Positions 21,910 to 32,088 of a stretch of DNA of 64,000 nucleotides are shown here, in pieces (within the stretch, counting starts at the first letter, position 1; each line of letters starts with the position of its first letter). The position numbers and the translations under genes are program-made. The stretch is from an uncultured Alphaproteobacteria bacterium (GTDB taxonomy: Bacteria; Pseudomonadota; Alphaproteobacteria; HIMB59; GCA-002718135), in NCBI GenBank assembly GCA_902585605.1, contig CACIED010000004.1, forward strand, positions 1,637 to 65,636, given 5' to 3'. The notes under the pieces were generated by a model. That model did not search any database and was not told the origin of the DNA. It was given only the letters and a program-made list of their open reading frames with translations.

Positions 21910-23279
21910 TGAAGTTTGAAAGATATGAATGGGTAGCCATTACAATCATGATCTCCCTTTTTATTTTTGTAGGTTTTATTCAAGGATGGTCTGTAAGTTT
22001 AGTAATTTTAAATATGTGTATTATTTCAGCAATAATGACAATGGGGGTCAATATTTCTTGGGGTTATGCAGGAGTAATTAATTTTGGTGTAATGGGTTTT
22101 TTGGCAATGGGTGGATTAGCGGCAGTCCTTGTATCTTACCCTCCCATAACCGAGTCATGGCAGGTTGGAGGTAGAGGGCTAGGAATTAGTTTTGCTTTAC
22201 TTGTCGTATTGGTAATTGCTGTAATGTATATTAATAAAACAATAATCCAAAAAAGAAATAGATATATTTTAAATTCTCTCATTATTTTTTTTGGAATTTT
22301 AATTATCAGACACTTTTATTTAAATGCCACACATAATATTGAAGACGTTAATCCGGCAATTGCAGGGTTTTTAGGTGGTCTTGGATTACCAATAATTTTC
22401 TCTTGGATAGTAGGAGGTTTTTTTGCTGCAGGTGTCGCATTTGTAATAGGTAAAGTTGCTTTAGGATTACGATCAGATTATCTTGCTATTGTTACACTTG
22501 GTATATCAGAAATAGTTGTAAGTGTTTTAAAACATGAAGAATGGTTGTCTCGAGGAGTAAAAAATGTAATCGGTTTAAAGAGACCAGTGCCATATGAAAT
22601 AAATTTACAAAATACCGATTGGTTTATTGAATTAGTTACATACCTCAATGCATCTAAGTTAAATAATATTATTGATGTAAGTGAGAGGCAACAAGTTTTA
22701 AATAATCTTATTATTGATGCCTCAGGAATATTTGTAAAATTATCATACGCAATTTTATTTTTGATTGTAATGTTTATAATTTTTTATTTTGCTAACAAGG
22801 CTCAATTATCTCCATGGGGAAGAATGATGAGAGCAATTAGAGATAATGAAACAGCTGCTAATGCAATGGGTAAGGATGTAGTTAAACAACATTTAATTAT
22901 TTTTGTTATTGGAGCTGCAATTGTAGGTGTTGCTGGTGCAATGTTAGTGACATTAGATGGCTTATTTACCCCATCTGGATATAGACCCTTACGTTTCACA
23001 TTCATCATCTGGATCATGGTTATTGTTGGCGGTAGCGGAAATAATTTAGGTGCTATATTTGGTGGATTTGTTATTTGGTTTTCTTGGATCGAAGCAGCAC
23101 CACTTACAACATTTATTATAAATCAATTAACCATAGGATTAGAACCAGATAATGCTTTAAAATTACATTTACTAGATAGCGTACCTTATTTTAGATACTT
23201 ATTAATGGGATTAATTTTATTATTAATTTTACGATATAGACCTAAAGGAATAATTCCTGAGAAAGTTAGACATTCATAA
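21906..23279 (+). CDS. livM: Branched-chain amino acid ABC transporter permease (LivM-like)
   Basis: LRSDYLAIVTLG, WGRMMRAIRDNE, IVGGSGN. Confidence 0.85.
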   Translation: MMKFERYEWVAITIMISLFIFVGFIQGWSVSLVILNMCIISAIMTMGVNISWGYAGVINFGVMGFLAMGGLAAVLVSYPPITESWQVGGRGLGISFALLVVLVIAVMYINKTIIQKRNRYILNSLIIFFGILIIRHFYLNATHNIEDVNPAIAGFLGGLGLPIIFSWIVGGFFAAGVAFVIGKVALGLRSDYLAIVTLGISEIVVSVLKHEEWLSRGVKNVIGLKRPVPYEINLQNTDWFIELVTYLNASKLNNIIDVSERQQVLNNLIIDASGIFVKLSYAILFLIVMFIIFYFANKAQLSPWGRMMRAIRDNETAANAMGKDVVKQHLIIFVIGAAIVGVAGAMLVTLDGLFTPSGYRPLRFTFIIWIMVIVGGSGNNLGAIFGGFVIWFSWIEAAPLTTFIINQLTIGLEPDNALKLHLLDSVPYFRYLLMGLILLLILRYRPKGIIPEKVRHS

Positions 23280-23307
23280 AAAAAACCCCAGCACATATGC
23301 TGGGGTT
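23279..23307 (-). terminator. Intrinsic terminator between convergent livM and livK
   Basis: 10-bp stem AACCCCAGCA-cata-TGCTGGGGTT (23284-23307), followed by a U-tract on the minus strand. Confidence 0.85.
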
Positions 23308-23330
23308 AGTATAAAAATTGTTATTAAATA

Positions 23331-24512
23331 TTAAAGAGCACCAACAGTAACGAAACCGCCACCACTAACTTCTAACTCTTTAAAAGCACCAGCTGCATCA
23401 CCTAATGCATTAAACTCTACGTCTGTTGCACCTTGGTAATTTATATCTTTTCCTTCAGCTAACATTTGTAAGCCGTAAGATAATTGACCAGGATTAATGA
23501 TAATACCTGGCGCATTAGATACTTTTCCAATATTTTTTAGAATTGATTGCTTATCAGCAGAACCTCCAGCTTGAATTGCAAGAGCAATAATTGCTGCCGC
23601 ATCATAAGATTCACCAACATAAGGTGCGCTTCCATCCATGCCATTAGCAGCTGCTAATTCGCCAAATTTAGCTGAACCTTTTGAAATTGCGCCTGGCATC
23701 GAACCAAATGATCCTTCTAAGTCTGCACCAATATTATCTACAATTGATTGACCAATCATACCATCAGACAGAACAAAAGTGTCAAATGCACCTGAATCTA
23801 AAGATGCTTCGATCATTCCTTTTCCACCATCATCAATATAACCAATTACTAATAGAGCATCACCACCAGCTGATGCAAGAACACCAACTTCTGATGAATA
23901 ATCAGCTTTACCATCTTCGTGTGCAGCAGATGCAGTGATAGTTCCTCCACCCTTAGCAAATGCAGCTTCAAACACTTCAGCTAACCCTTTTCCATAGTCA
24001 TTATTAGTATATGTTACAGCAATACTACTAATTCCTCTGTCTAGTGCTAGTTTAGCAAGTACTTGTCCACCTTTTGCATCTGATGGAGCTGTACGCCAAA
24101 ATGTACCAGCATCAGCAACTTTACTTAAACCAGGTGAAGTTGCAGATGGAGATACCATTAAAATACCATTTGGTACTGCAACGTTAGCATTGATTGCACC
24201 TGTTACACCTGAACAGTCAGCACCCATGATAGCTGTTACACCTTGTGCAACTAGATCCTCAGCAGCAGCCGTAGCAGCAGCAGAGTCTACACAAGTTGAA
24301 TCAGCTTCTAAGATAGTAATAGTTTCACCACCTAAAAGATTTCCAGAGTTTGATGCTTCATCAAATGCCATTCTCGCACCATCTCTCATAGCAGGAGTTA
24401 AAGATTCAATTGGTCCTGTAAAACCAAGAATAATTCCTACTTTAATTTCTGCTAATGCAGCAGTCGTTACAGTCGACAAACTTACAATAACAGCTAGAAG
24501 TAATTTTTTCAT
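23331..24512 (-). CDS. livK: Branched-chain amino acid ABC transporter periplasmic binding protein
   Basis: Signal peptide, GIILGFTGPIESL, SPSATSP, FWRTAPSD, NNDYGKGL. Confidence 0.88.
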   Translation of the reverse strand: MKKLLLAVIVSLSTVTTAALAEIKVGIILGFTGPIESLTPAMRDGARMAFDEASNSGNLLGGETITILEADSTCVDSAAATAAAEDLVAQGVTAIMGADCSGVTGAINANVAVPNGILMVSPSATSPGLSKVADAGTFWRTAPSDAKGGQVLAKLALDRGISSIAVTYTNNDYGKGLAEVFEAAFAKGGGTITASAAHEDGKADYSSEVGVLASAGGDALLVIGYIDDGGKGMIEASLDSGAFDTFVLSDGMIGQSIVDNIGADLEGSFGSMPGAISKGSAKFGELAAANGMDGSAPYVGESYDAAAIIALAIQAGGSADKQSILKNIGKVSNAPGIIINPGQLSYGLQMLAEGKDINYQGATDVEFNALGDAAGAFKELEVSGGGFVTVGAL

Positions 24513-24663
24513 ATTTCCTCCAAAAAAGTATACTTTTTTATATACGGTACCTCATATACTAGTTCCAAAAATCAATCATGCAGTTTTTTCATAAAAATAC
24601 CCAAGATTTTAGCCAAAAACCATAAATTGACTTCATTTGCCTCACCGGATAAAGATCAAACGT

Positions 24664-25644
24664 ATGACAATTGGAATTTTAGGTGGGGGAGTTTGGGGGA
24701 GTGCACTTGCCCGAGTATTAAGTAATAATAAAGTTATCATTTATGCTCGAGATGAAAAAATTGTTAAATCAATAAATGAACATAAAATTAATCCAAAATT
24801 AAAATACAGTTCATTTAATGAAAATGTAACCGCTACTACTTCTTTAAAAGAAATTAGAAATGTTAAATTTTTATTTATAACTTTACCTGCACAAAACATT
24901 AGGGAGGTAATTAAACATTCATCATTACATAATAAAAATCATCATATCGTTATATGTTCTAAAGGTATTGAAATATCGTCGTCAAAATTTTTAACAGATG
25001 TATTTCAAGAAATGATGCCTTTTAAATCAATTAGTATTTTATCAGGCCCATCTTTTTCAAATGAAGTATCTCAAAGTTTACCAACTGCAGTAACGCTTGC
25101 AACAAAAGATAAAAAAGATTTTGAGAAAATTTCTAAACTAATACCTAACAAAGAGTTTAGAATTTATTATTCAAATGATTTAATTGGAACACAGATAGGC
25201 GGTGCGTTAAAGAATATATATGCAATAGCTGCTGGTGTTGCAGAAGGATTAAATTTAGGAGAAAATGCTAAAAGTGCACTCATATCTAGATCTTTTGCAG
25301 AAATGACAAGATACGCAAAAAAATTTAAAGCTGATAAAAACACATTATTTGGTTTATCAGGGCTTGGCGATCTAATTTTAACATGTAGCTCTATAAATTC
25401 TCGTAATACACAGTTTGGTATTAAATTAGCTTCTTCAAAATATGATAATTTTTTAGATCTTTTACAATCGCAAGAAGTAACAGAGGGTTATTATACAGTT
25501 AAAGCAGTCTATAATATTTCACAGAAAAAAAATATTGATATGCCACTTATGGAGTCTGTATACAATATACTTTATAACCAACATGATTTAAAAGAAGAAC
25601 TAAAAAATTTACTGAGTAGACCAATAACAGAAGAGAAAATTTAA
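24664..25644 (+). CDS. gpsA: NAD(P)H-dependent glycerol-3-phosphate dehydrogenase
   Basis: GGGVWG, CSKGIE, LSGPSF, GGALKN, GLSGLGDL. Start placed at ATG 24664. Confidence 0.93.
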   Translation: MTIGILGGGVWGSALARVLSNNKVIIYARDEKIVKSINEHKINPKLKYSSFNENVTATTSLKEIRNVKFLFITLPAQNIREVIKHSSLHNKNHHIVICSKGIEISSSKFLTDVFQEMMPFKSISILSGPSFSNEVSQSLPTAVTLATKDKKDFEKISKLIPNKEFRIYYSNDLIGTQIGGALKNIYAIAAGVAEGLNLGENAKSALISRSFAEMTRYAKKFKADKNTLFGLSGLGDLILTCSSINSRNTQFGIKLASSKYDNFLDLLQSQEVTEGYYTVKAVYNISQKKNIDMPLMESVYNILYNQHDLKEELKNLLSRPITEEKI

Positions 25645-25648
25645 ATTG

Positions 25649-26593
25649 ATGACAAAGAAAACATTTTATAACTTAGATACAAGCTGGGTTAACAATACGC
25701 AAATTAATTCGAGTGCTGTAGAGCGTCGAACATCTACCTTAACTAAAAGAAGAACTGTAAAAAAGGAATTTCAAGTTGCTTGGTTGTTAAAAGCTATTAC
25801 TTTGATTGATCTTACTACACTAAGTGGTGACGACACTTTTGGAAAAGTTGAAAGACTCTGTAATAAAGCTCTTAATCCCATTGATGATTATATTCTTCAG
25901 GATTTAGGACTAGAAAATAATGCAGTAAGAGTAGGAGCTGTGTGTGTCTATCACCATCTAATAAAAGATTGTACAAAACTAATTCAAAACAAAATCCCAA
26001 TTGCAGCGGTTTCTACTGGTTTTCCTGCAGGTTTATCATCTTACACGACTAGAAAAAAAGAAATTTCTGACTCTATTAAAGATGGTGCTGATGAAATCGA
26101 TATTGTTATTAATAGAGGATACGTTCTCCAAAATAATTGGAAAAAATTATATGATGAGGTTCGTAGTTTTAAAGAAACTGCAGGTAAAACAAAAATTAAA
26201 GCTATTCTTGGTGTTGGTGATCTTGAAACTCTTCGAAATGTAGCTAAAGCATCTTTAGTTTGTATGATGGCTGGTGCTGATTTTATTAAAACATCAACAG
26301 GAAAAGAAAGTATAAATGCTAATTTAAATAATAGTCTTGTCATGTTGAGAATGATTAGAGATTTTTATACAAAAACTGGAAAAAAGATTGGTTTTAAACC
26401 TGCAGGTGGAATATCAACGGCTAAATCTGTCTTAGAATTTTTAATATTGGTTGCTGAAGAATTAGGATTTGAATGGGTTAATCCTAAATTATTGCGAATT
26501 GGTGCTTCTAGTTTATTAATTGATATAGAAAGACAACTCTATCACTACACTAGTGGCAGGTATGCAAATCAAGAGAAACTTGCAATAGGATAA
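25649..26593 (+). CDS. deoC: Deoxyribose-phosphate aldolase (long type)
   Basis: IDLTTL, GADEIDIVINRG, ADFIKTSTGK, GFKPAGG, RIGASSLL. Confidence 0.95.
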   Translation: MTKKTFYNLDTSWVNNTQINSSAVERRTSTLTKRRTVKKEFQVAWLLKAITLIDLTTLSGDDTFGKVERLCNKALNPIDDYILQDLGLENNAVRVGAVCVYHHLIKDCTKLIQNKIPIAAVSTGFPAGLSSYTTRKKEISDSIKDGADEIDIVINRGYVLQNNWKKLYDEVRSFKETAGKTKIKAILGVGDLETLRNVAKASLVCMMAGADFIKTSTGKESINANLNNSLVMLRMIRDFYTKTGKKIGFKPAGGISTAKSVLEFLILVAEELGFEWVNPKLLRIGASSLLIDIERQLYHYTSGRYANQEKLAIG

Positions 26594-26594
26594 T

Positions 26595-28955
26595 ATGGAT
26601 AAAGTTATTAAAAATTTTCAAAATATATCTTATGGGCCAGCACCAGAAGACAGCAAAGAAGTTAATAGTTGGATAAAAAATTTAAAAAATCCAAATAATC
26701 ATTTTATTAATGGTAAATTTGTAAAATCGTCTAGCTCAAAAAAATTAAATATAATTAACCCTTCTACAAATAAAAAAATAGCAACATTGTCTGTTGCTTC
26801 TAAAAAAGATGTAAATGCTGCTGTTAGTGCTGCCAAAAAAGCTCATGTCAAATGGTCAAACCTTTCATCGTTTGATCGATCAAAATATTTATACGCCCTT
26901 GCACGTCTCATACAAAAAAATTCAAGGTTTATTTCTGTTTTAGAGACCATTGATAATGGTAAGCCTATAAGAGAAACAAGAGATATAGATATTCCGCTTG
27001 TTGCAAGACATTTTTATTATCATGCTGGCTGGGCTGCGAGGAATACAAATAACTCTGATAATTCTATTGGTGTCGTAGGGCAAATTATACCATGGAACTT
27101 TCCCTTATTAATGTTAGCGTGGAAAATTGCACCTGCAATTGCTCTTGGAAATACAGTAGTATTAAAGCCGGCAGAGTATACTTCTTTAACAGCGATTTAT
27201 TTTGCTGAACTTTGTCAGAAAGCTAAAATTCCACAAGGTGTAATTAATATTATTACGGGAGATGGCTCTACTGGTGAACATATAACATTACATAAAGATG
27301 TTAAAAAAATTGCATTTACTGGGTCAACTGAAGTTGGAAAAAAAATAATTCAAACAAATACTAATCCAGATAAAAAAATGACAATGGAACTTGGGGGCAA
27401 ATCACCTTTTATTGTTTTTGAAGATGCTGATTTAGATAGCGCTGTAGAAGGTGTTGTTGATGCGATTTGGTTTAACCAAGGTCAAGTATGTTGTGCTGGA
27501 TCAAGACTCTTAGTACAAGAAAGTATTGAGAAAAAATTTATCCAAAAACTTAAGAAAAGAATGGAAAAACTTCGTGTTGGTGATCCACTAGATAAGTCTA
27601 TTGATATTGGCGCTATAGTTGCACCTGTCCAACTTAAAAAAATTAATTCTTTAGTAAATAAAGCACAAAAGGATGGAAATAAATTATGGCAACCTTCATG
27701 GTCATGTCCAACAAATGGTTTATTTTATCCTCCATCTTTATTTACAAATGTAACACCGTCATCTTTTATTGCTCAAGTAGAAATATTTGGTCCAGTTTTA
27801 ACAACAATGACATTTAGAACACCTAGTGAAGCTGTATCCATTGCCAATAATACTCCATACGGACTTGCTGCGAGTATTTGGTCCGAAAATATTAATTTAG
27901 CTTTAGATATTGCTCCAAAAGTAAAAGCTGGAGTCATTTGGATAAATTCTACAAACTTATTTGATGCTGCCTGTGGTTTTGGAGGATACAAAGAAAGTGG
28001 TTTTGGAAGGGAAGGCGGATCAGAAGGTATCAGAGCATATTCAAAATTACCACTTCCTCTCTCTAAGTCAAAAAGAGGAAAAAAATCATCTAAAGGTCAA
28101 TCATCTAATGCTATCGATAGAACACCGAAATTATATATTGGAGGAAAGCAAAAAAGACCTGATAGCGGTTACTCATTTTCTTCTTATGATGCTCATAATA
28201 ATTTTATTTGTGATGTTCCAAACGCAAATCGCAAAGATGTAAGAGATACAGTAGAGGTTGCATCTAAAGCAGTTAGCAAATCTTCCACTAATTTTAATAG
28301 AGCTCAAATTCTTTATTACTTAGCTGAAAATTTACAAGATCGAAAAAATACCTTTTCTAGTTTGCTGTCTTCTTTAATTGGTATTTCGCAAAAAGATGCT
28401 GAAAAAGAATTTGATCAATCAATAGAAAGATTATTTTATTATGGCGCTATGGCTGATAAGTTTGAAGGCTCTATACATAATCCTCCTATAAGAGGTTTAA
28501 CACTAGCTGTTAAAGAACCGATAGGCGTTGTTGCAAATATTTTAAATGATGATTATCCACTATTAAGTTTAATAACTACATTAGGATCAAATTTTGCAGC
28601 AGGAAATGCTAGTATTATTGTTCCAGGACAAAAGACATCTCTTTTAGCAACGGAAATATATCAACTACTTGAAACTTCTGATGTTCCAGCTGGGTATATT
28701 AATATCCTTACAACTAAACAAAATAGTTTGAATAAAATCTTATCTGAACATGAAAATATTGATGGTATTTGGTTTTTTAGTGAAAATAATAATGAGCGTT
28801 TAAAAGTTATTCAAAGTACAACATCAAATTTGAAAAGAAGTTGGTGTCCACAATCAAAAAATCTTGATTGGTCTTCGAAAGAAGAATATTTCTTAGAAGA
28901 GTTTTTATATCAAAGTACACAAGTAAAAAATATTTGGATCCCATACGGAGAGTGA
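26595..28955 (+). CDS. Two-domain aldehyde dehydrogenase (ALDH16-like)
   Basis: First domain has PWNFP, FTGSTEVG, MELGGKS and GQVCCAG. A second, degenerate ALDH-like domain follows (786 aa in total). Confidence 0.88.
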   Translation: MDKVIKNFQNISYGPAPEDSKEVNSWIKNLKNPNNHFINGKFVKSSSSKKLNIINPSTNKKIATLSVASKKDVNAAVSAAKKAHVKWSNLSSFDRSKYLYALARLIQKNSRFISVLETIDNGKPIRETRDIDIPLVARHFYYHAGWAARNTNNSDNSIGVVGQIIPWNFPLLMLAWKIAPAIALGNTVVLKPAEYTSLTAIYFAELCQKAKIPQGVINIITGDGSTGEHITLHKDVKKIAFTGSTEVGKKIIQTNTNPDKKMTMELGGKSPFIVFEDADLDSAVEGVVDAIWFNQGQVCCAGSRLLVQESIEKKFIQKLKKRMEKLRVGDPLDKSIDIGAIVAPVQLKKINSLVNKAQKDGNKLWQPSWSCPTNGLFYPPSLFTNVTPSSFIAQVEIFGPVLTTMTFRTPSEAVSIANNTPYGLAASIWSENINLALDIAPKVKAGVIWINSTNLFDAACGFGGYKESGFGREGGSEGIRAYSKLPLPLSKSKRGKKSSKGQSSNAIDRTPKLYIGGKQKRPDSGYSFSSYDAHNNFICDVPNANRKDVRDTVEVASKAVSKSSTNFNRAQILYYLAENLQDRKNTFSSLLSSLIGISQKDAEKEFDQSIERLFYYGAMADKFEGSIHNPPIRGLTLAVKEPIGVVANILNDDYPLLSLITTLGSNFAAGNASIIVPGQKTSLLATEIYQLLETSDVPAGYINILTTKQNSLNKILSEHENIDGIWFFSENNNERLKVIQSTTSNLKRSWCPQSKNLDWSSKEEYFLEEFLYQSTQVKNIWIPYGE

Positions 28956-28967
28956 TATACTAAAAAT

Positions 28968-29426
28968 ATGTTAATTAATGTCGATCCTATTTTAAGTCCT
29001 GATATATTAAAAACATTACGTGAAATGGGTCATGGTGATAGACTCGTTATATCCGATATTAATTATCCTGCTCATTCGAACCACAATAGAGTTCACCGAT
29101 TAGACGGCCTTGATATGACAACTGTCATGAGAGCTGTTTTATCTGTTTTTCCATTGGATAGTTTCGTAGAGTCAGCTGTTCACCGTATGGAAGTCGATAA
29201 TCAACCAGATGAAATTAATGATGCGAATAAAGAAGTAATTGATGCAATTAAAGATGTATCAGGAGATCATTGGAATATTGGTTCATACGAAAGACAAGAA
29301 TTTTATAAGCAATCAAGATCAACCTATGCATATATTACGACAAGTGAAAGACGACCTTACTGTAATTTTATTTTAACAAAAGGTGTTATTAAACCAGATG
29401 GAACCGTTTGGATAATCGATAAATAA
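28968..29426 (+). CDS. RbsD/FucU family sugar mutarotase/pyranase
   Basis: LREMGHGDRLVISDINYP, ERRPYCNFILTKGV. Confidence 0.9.
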   Translation: MLINVDPILSPDILKTLREMGHGDRLVISDINYPAHSNHNRVHRLDGLDMTTVMRAVLSVFPLDSFVESAVHRMEVDNQPDEINDANKEVIDAIKDVSGDHWNIGSYERQEFYKQSRSTYAYITTSERRPYCNFILTKGVIKPDGTVWIIDK

Positions 29427-29428
29427 TT

Positions 29429-30343
29429 ATGTCGATTAGTATTCTTGGTATTTTTGTTGCTGATCTCGTTTTTTTTGGAGAAAAAATTCCAGTAGAGGGT
29501 GAAACTATTCTTGGTAAAAATTTTGTTATTGGCCCTGGTGGAAAAGGATCAAACCAAGCTGTAGCTGCAGCTAAAGCTGGTGCAAAAACTTTTTTTATAT
29601 CTAAGATTGGTGATGATCAATTTGGCTCAATGGCAACAGAAATTTACAAAAATTCTGGTGTTGATTATAGTAATGTCATTATTTCAAAAGATCATTCAAC
29701 CGGTGCAGCTGGCATACTTGTAAATGAAGAAACTGGAGCCAATGCCATTAATGTTTTCCCAGGTGCAGCAGGTGCAATTACTATTAAAGATATAGATAAA
29801 GCAGAAGAGGCAATTAAAAATTCAAGTATATTTCTTACACAACTAGAGGCACCAAAGGATGTTGTTACCTATGCATTAAAAAAAGCACATAGTTTAAATG
29901 TAAAAACAATTTTAAATCCTGCTCCAGCTGCTGAAATAGATGAATCTTTATTTTCTATGATTGATTATTTTACACCAAATGAAACGGAAGCTAGTTTTTA
30001 TGTCGATCACGATGTTGAAACACACGAGGATGCTGAGAAAGCTGCTATGCAATTATTAGATAAAGGTATTAAAAATGTCGTTATAACTCTTGGAGAAAAG
30101 GGAGCTTTCTTTGCTAATAGTGAAGAAAAATTCTCTTTACCTATAGCTAATCTTTCAAATCCAGTAGTGGATACCACTGGTGCCGGCGATGCTTTTAATG
30201 CAGGTTTTGCTGCGGCACTTACCGAAGGTCAAAATATTAAAGATGCTCTAAAATTTGCTACTGCTACAGCTGGCTTATCAACGACGAAAATTGGGACGGC
30301 AAATTCTATGCCTTCTCGAGAGGAAATTGATAAACTTCTATAA
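29429..30343 (+). CDS. rbsK: Ribokinase/deoxyribokinase (PfkB family)
   Basis: GGKGSNQA, TPNETE, ITLGEKG, VDTTGAGDAF. Confidence 0.88.
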   Translation: MSISILGIFVADLVFFGEKIPVEGETILGKNFVIGPGGKGSNQAVAAAKAGAKTFFISKIGDDQFGSMATEIYKNSGVDYSNVIISKDHSTGAAGILVNEETGANAINVFPGAAGAITIKDIDKAEEAIKNSSIFLTQLEAPKDVVTYALKKAHSLNVKTILNPAPAAEIDESLFSMIDYFTPNETEASFYVDHDVETHEDAEKAAMQLLDKGIKNVVITLGEKGAFFANSEEKFSLPIANLSNPVVDTTGAGDAFNAGFAAALTEGQNIKDALKFATATAGLSTTKIGTANSMPSREEIDKLL

Positions 30344-30355
30344 TTATTGTATAAT
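30327..30355 (+). promoter_or_regulatory. Sigma70 promoter
   Basis: TTGATA (30327-30332), 17-nt spacer, TATAAT (30350-30355); ATG follows 9 nt later. Confidence 0.7.
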
Positions 30356-30364
30356 AGAGGCATT

Positions 30365-30544
30365 ATGCAATTATTTTTAGAAAGACTGATCTATTTTTGG
30401 GCTGGGATTACAGCTATCGGTCTTTTAATAGCTGTAGCTTACTGGGCAATCGCAACTATAATTTATGTAGCCTTTATCTCTCTTTTTGTTGCTATCGTAG
30501 CTACTCTTTTCTATCATTTTTATTGGTCCAAAAGAGATAATTAA
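30365..30544 (+). CDS. Small two-TM membrane protein, function unknown
   Basis: 59-aa hydrophobic ORF immediately behind a consensus promoter. Start placed at ATG 30365. Confidence 0.6.
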   Translation: MQLFLERLIYFWAGITAIGLLIAVAYWAIATIIYVAFISLFVAIVATLFYHFYWSKRDN

Positions 30545-30576
30545 TAGTCTATAAATACCAATAAGGTTATTTATCA

Positions 30577-32088
30577 GTGTCAAAATATATATTTTATGAT
30601 CTAGAAACTTCAGGAAGAGGTAAGAAAGAATATCCAACTGCTTTTGGTACAACTCCAAAATGGGAGCAGATAATGCAAATTGCTGCAATAGTTACTGACT
30701 CAAAGTTTAATCAAACAAATCAAAATATGAATGAGTTCTGCAGACCTCGAACATCAGTGATTTCTCAACCTGGTGCATTAATAACAACACTTAAAGGTAT
30801 GCGTGAAGCACTTGATGCTCCTCAGTCATCTTATGAATTAATGAAAAAAATTAATGAAACTTTTGATGAATGGAAAAAAGATGATCCAAGTTCTACTTTT
30901 ATTGGTCATAATATAATTGAATTTGATGAATCTGTGCTCGAATACAATTTGTTTAGTCATATGTTTTATCCTTATGTAACAAGAAAAAGTAGGGGCGATA
31001 CATTAAATTTAGCCAGAGGTTTATATGCCATCAACCCATCAAGTATAAAAACACCTTTAACAGAAAGAGGTAATCCTAGTTTTAAATTAGAAAAAATTGC
31101 AGAGATGAACAACTTACCTGTCGAATTTGCTCACGATGCATTTTCAGATGTTAAGACATCAATTGCCCTGACAAAATATGTTAACGAAGCAGACACAACT
31201 AATTGGAATCAGCTTCAAATGACTATGAATAAAGAAGATGCCATTGAATATATAAATAAAAATAAAGGTTTTTGTTTTATGACTAGTTTTGGGGGAAGAA
31301 TTAAACTTCAAGCATTGTCGATGGTATGTGAGTCACAATATAATGGTTGGTTTCACTCAATTGATTTAGCTCATGATCCGACACCATTACTAGAAGCTAA
31401 TTCTGAGGAATTTAAAAAACTGATTAAAAGAAAAAATAGATACGTTATTACTAATCAGCACCCTATTATTCTACCAGGTAGGATTGCTTCTAATTATGAA
31501 CCATACGATGAGATTGGTTCAGATGTACTAAATGAAAGAGCTAAAATAGTATTCAAAAATAAAGATTTAGCAGACAAGTTTAAACTTATGGAAATTGATA
31601 GACGTATTGAAAAAGAAGATGAAAAATCGCAAGATAATGTTTTTCCTGAAAGTGCAGCAAATGCCTTTCTTGATTTTAAACAATCAACGGAAATAACAAA
31701 ATTTCATGAAAAGAATGACTGGAATGAAAAATATAAAATTGCTCTTTCAATTAAAGAGCCAAGAGCAAACTTTATTTTAAAAAGACTTATATTTGATGAA
31801 AGTCCAAAAACTCTATCCAAAGAAGATTTTAAAATGGTTCACCGAGAGTTACATGAAAGGTTAGTTATTAACCAAGAAAGACCTTTTACAACGATACCAG
31901 AAGCAATGTCTCAAACAGATACAGAATTAGTTAAAATGGAAGACAGTGATGATGAAAATAAAGCTCAAAAAATGCAAATTTTAAAAGATTACAATGTTTA
32001 TCTAAATTTTATGGAGAAATATTTTTCTAATAAAAATGCTGAACCTCTTCCAAGTGGTAAAGAGCTCAGCAAAATAATCTTTGGTTAA
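30577..32088 (+). CDS. sbcB: Exodeoxyribonuclease I-like DnaQ-family 3'-5' exonuclease
   Basis: FYDLETSG, GHNIIEFDE, SFKLE, AHDAFSDV. Confidence 0.8.
   Translation: MSKYIFYDLETSGRGKKEYPTAFGTTPKWEQIMQIAAIVTDSKFNQTNQNMNEFCRPRTSVISQPGALITTLKGMREALDAPQSSYELMKKINETFDEWKKDDPSSTFIGHNIIEFDESVLEYNLFSHMFYPYVTRKSRGDTLNLARGLYAINPSSIKTPLTERGNPSFKLEKIAEMNNLPVEFAHDAFSDVKTSIALTKYVNEADTTNWNQLQMTMNKEDAIEYINKNKGFCFMTSFGGRIKLQALSMVCESQYNGWFHSIDLAHDPTPLLEANSEEFKKLIKRKNRYVITNQHPIILPGRIASNYEPYDEIGSDVLNERAKIVFKNKDLADKFKLMEIDRRIEKEDEKSQDNVFPESAANAFLDFKQSTEITKFHEKNDWNEKYKIALSIKEPRANFILKRLIFDESPKTLSKEDFKMVHRELHERLVINQERPFTTIPEAMSQTDTELVKMEDSDDENKAQKMQILKDYNVYLNFMEKYFSNKNAEPLPSGKELSKIIFG

Noticed and set aside
25649-32088. 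Idea that exonuclease I belongs to the deoC cluster as a DNA-scavenging operon
   Set aside because: A consensus promoter at 30327-30355 separates the two units, and the exonuclease has no export signal.
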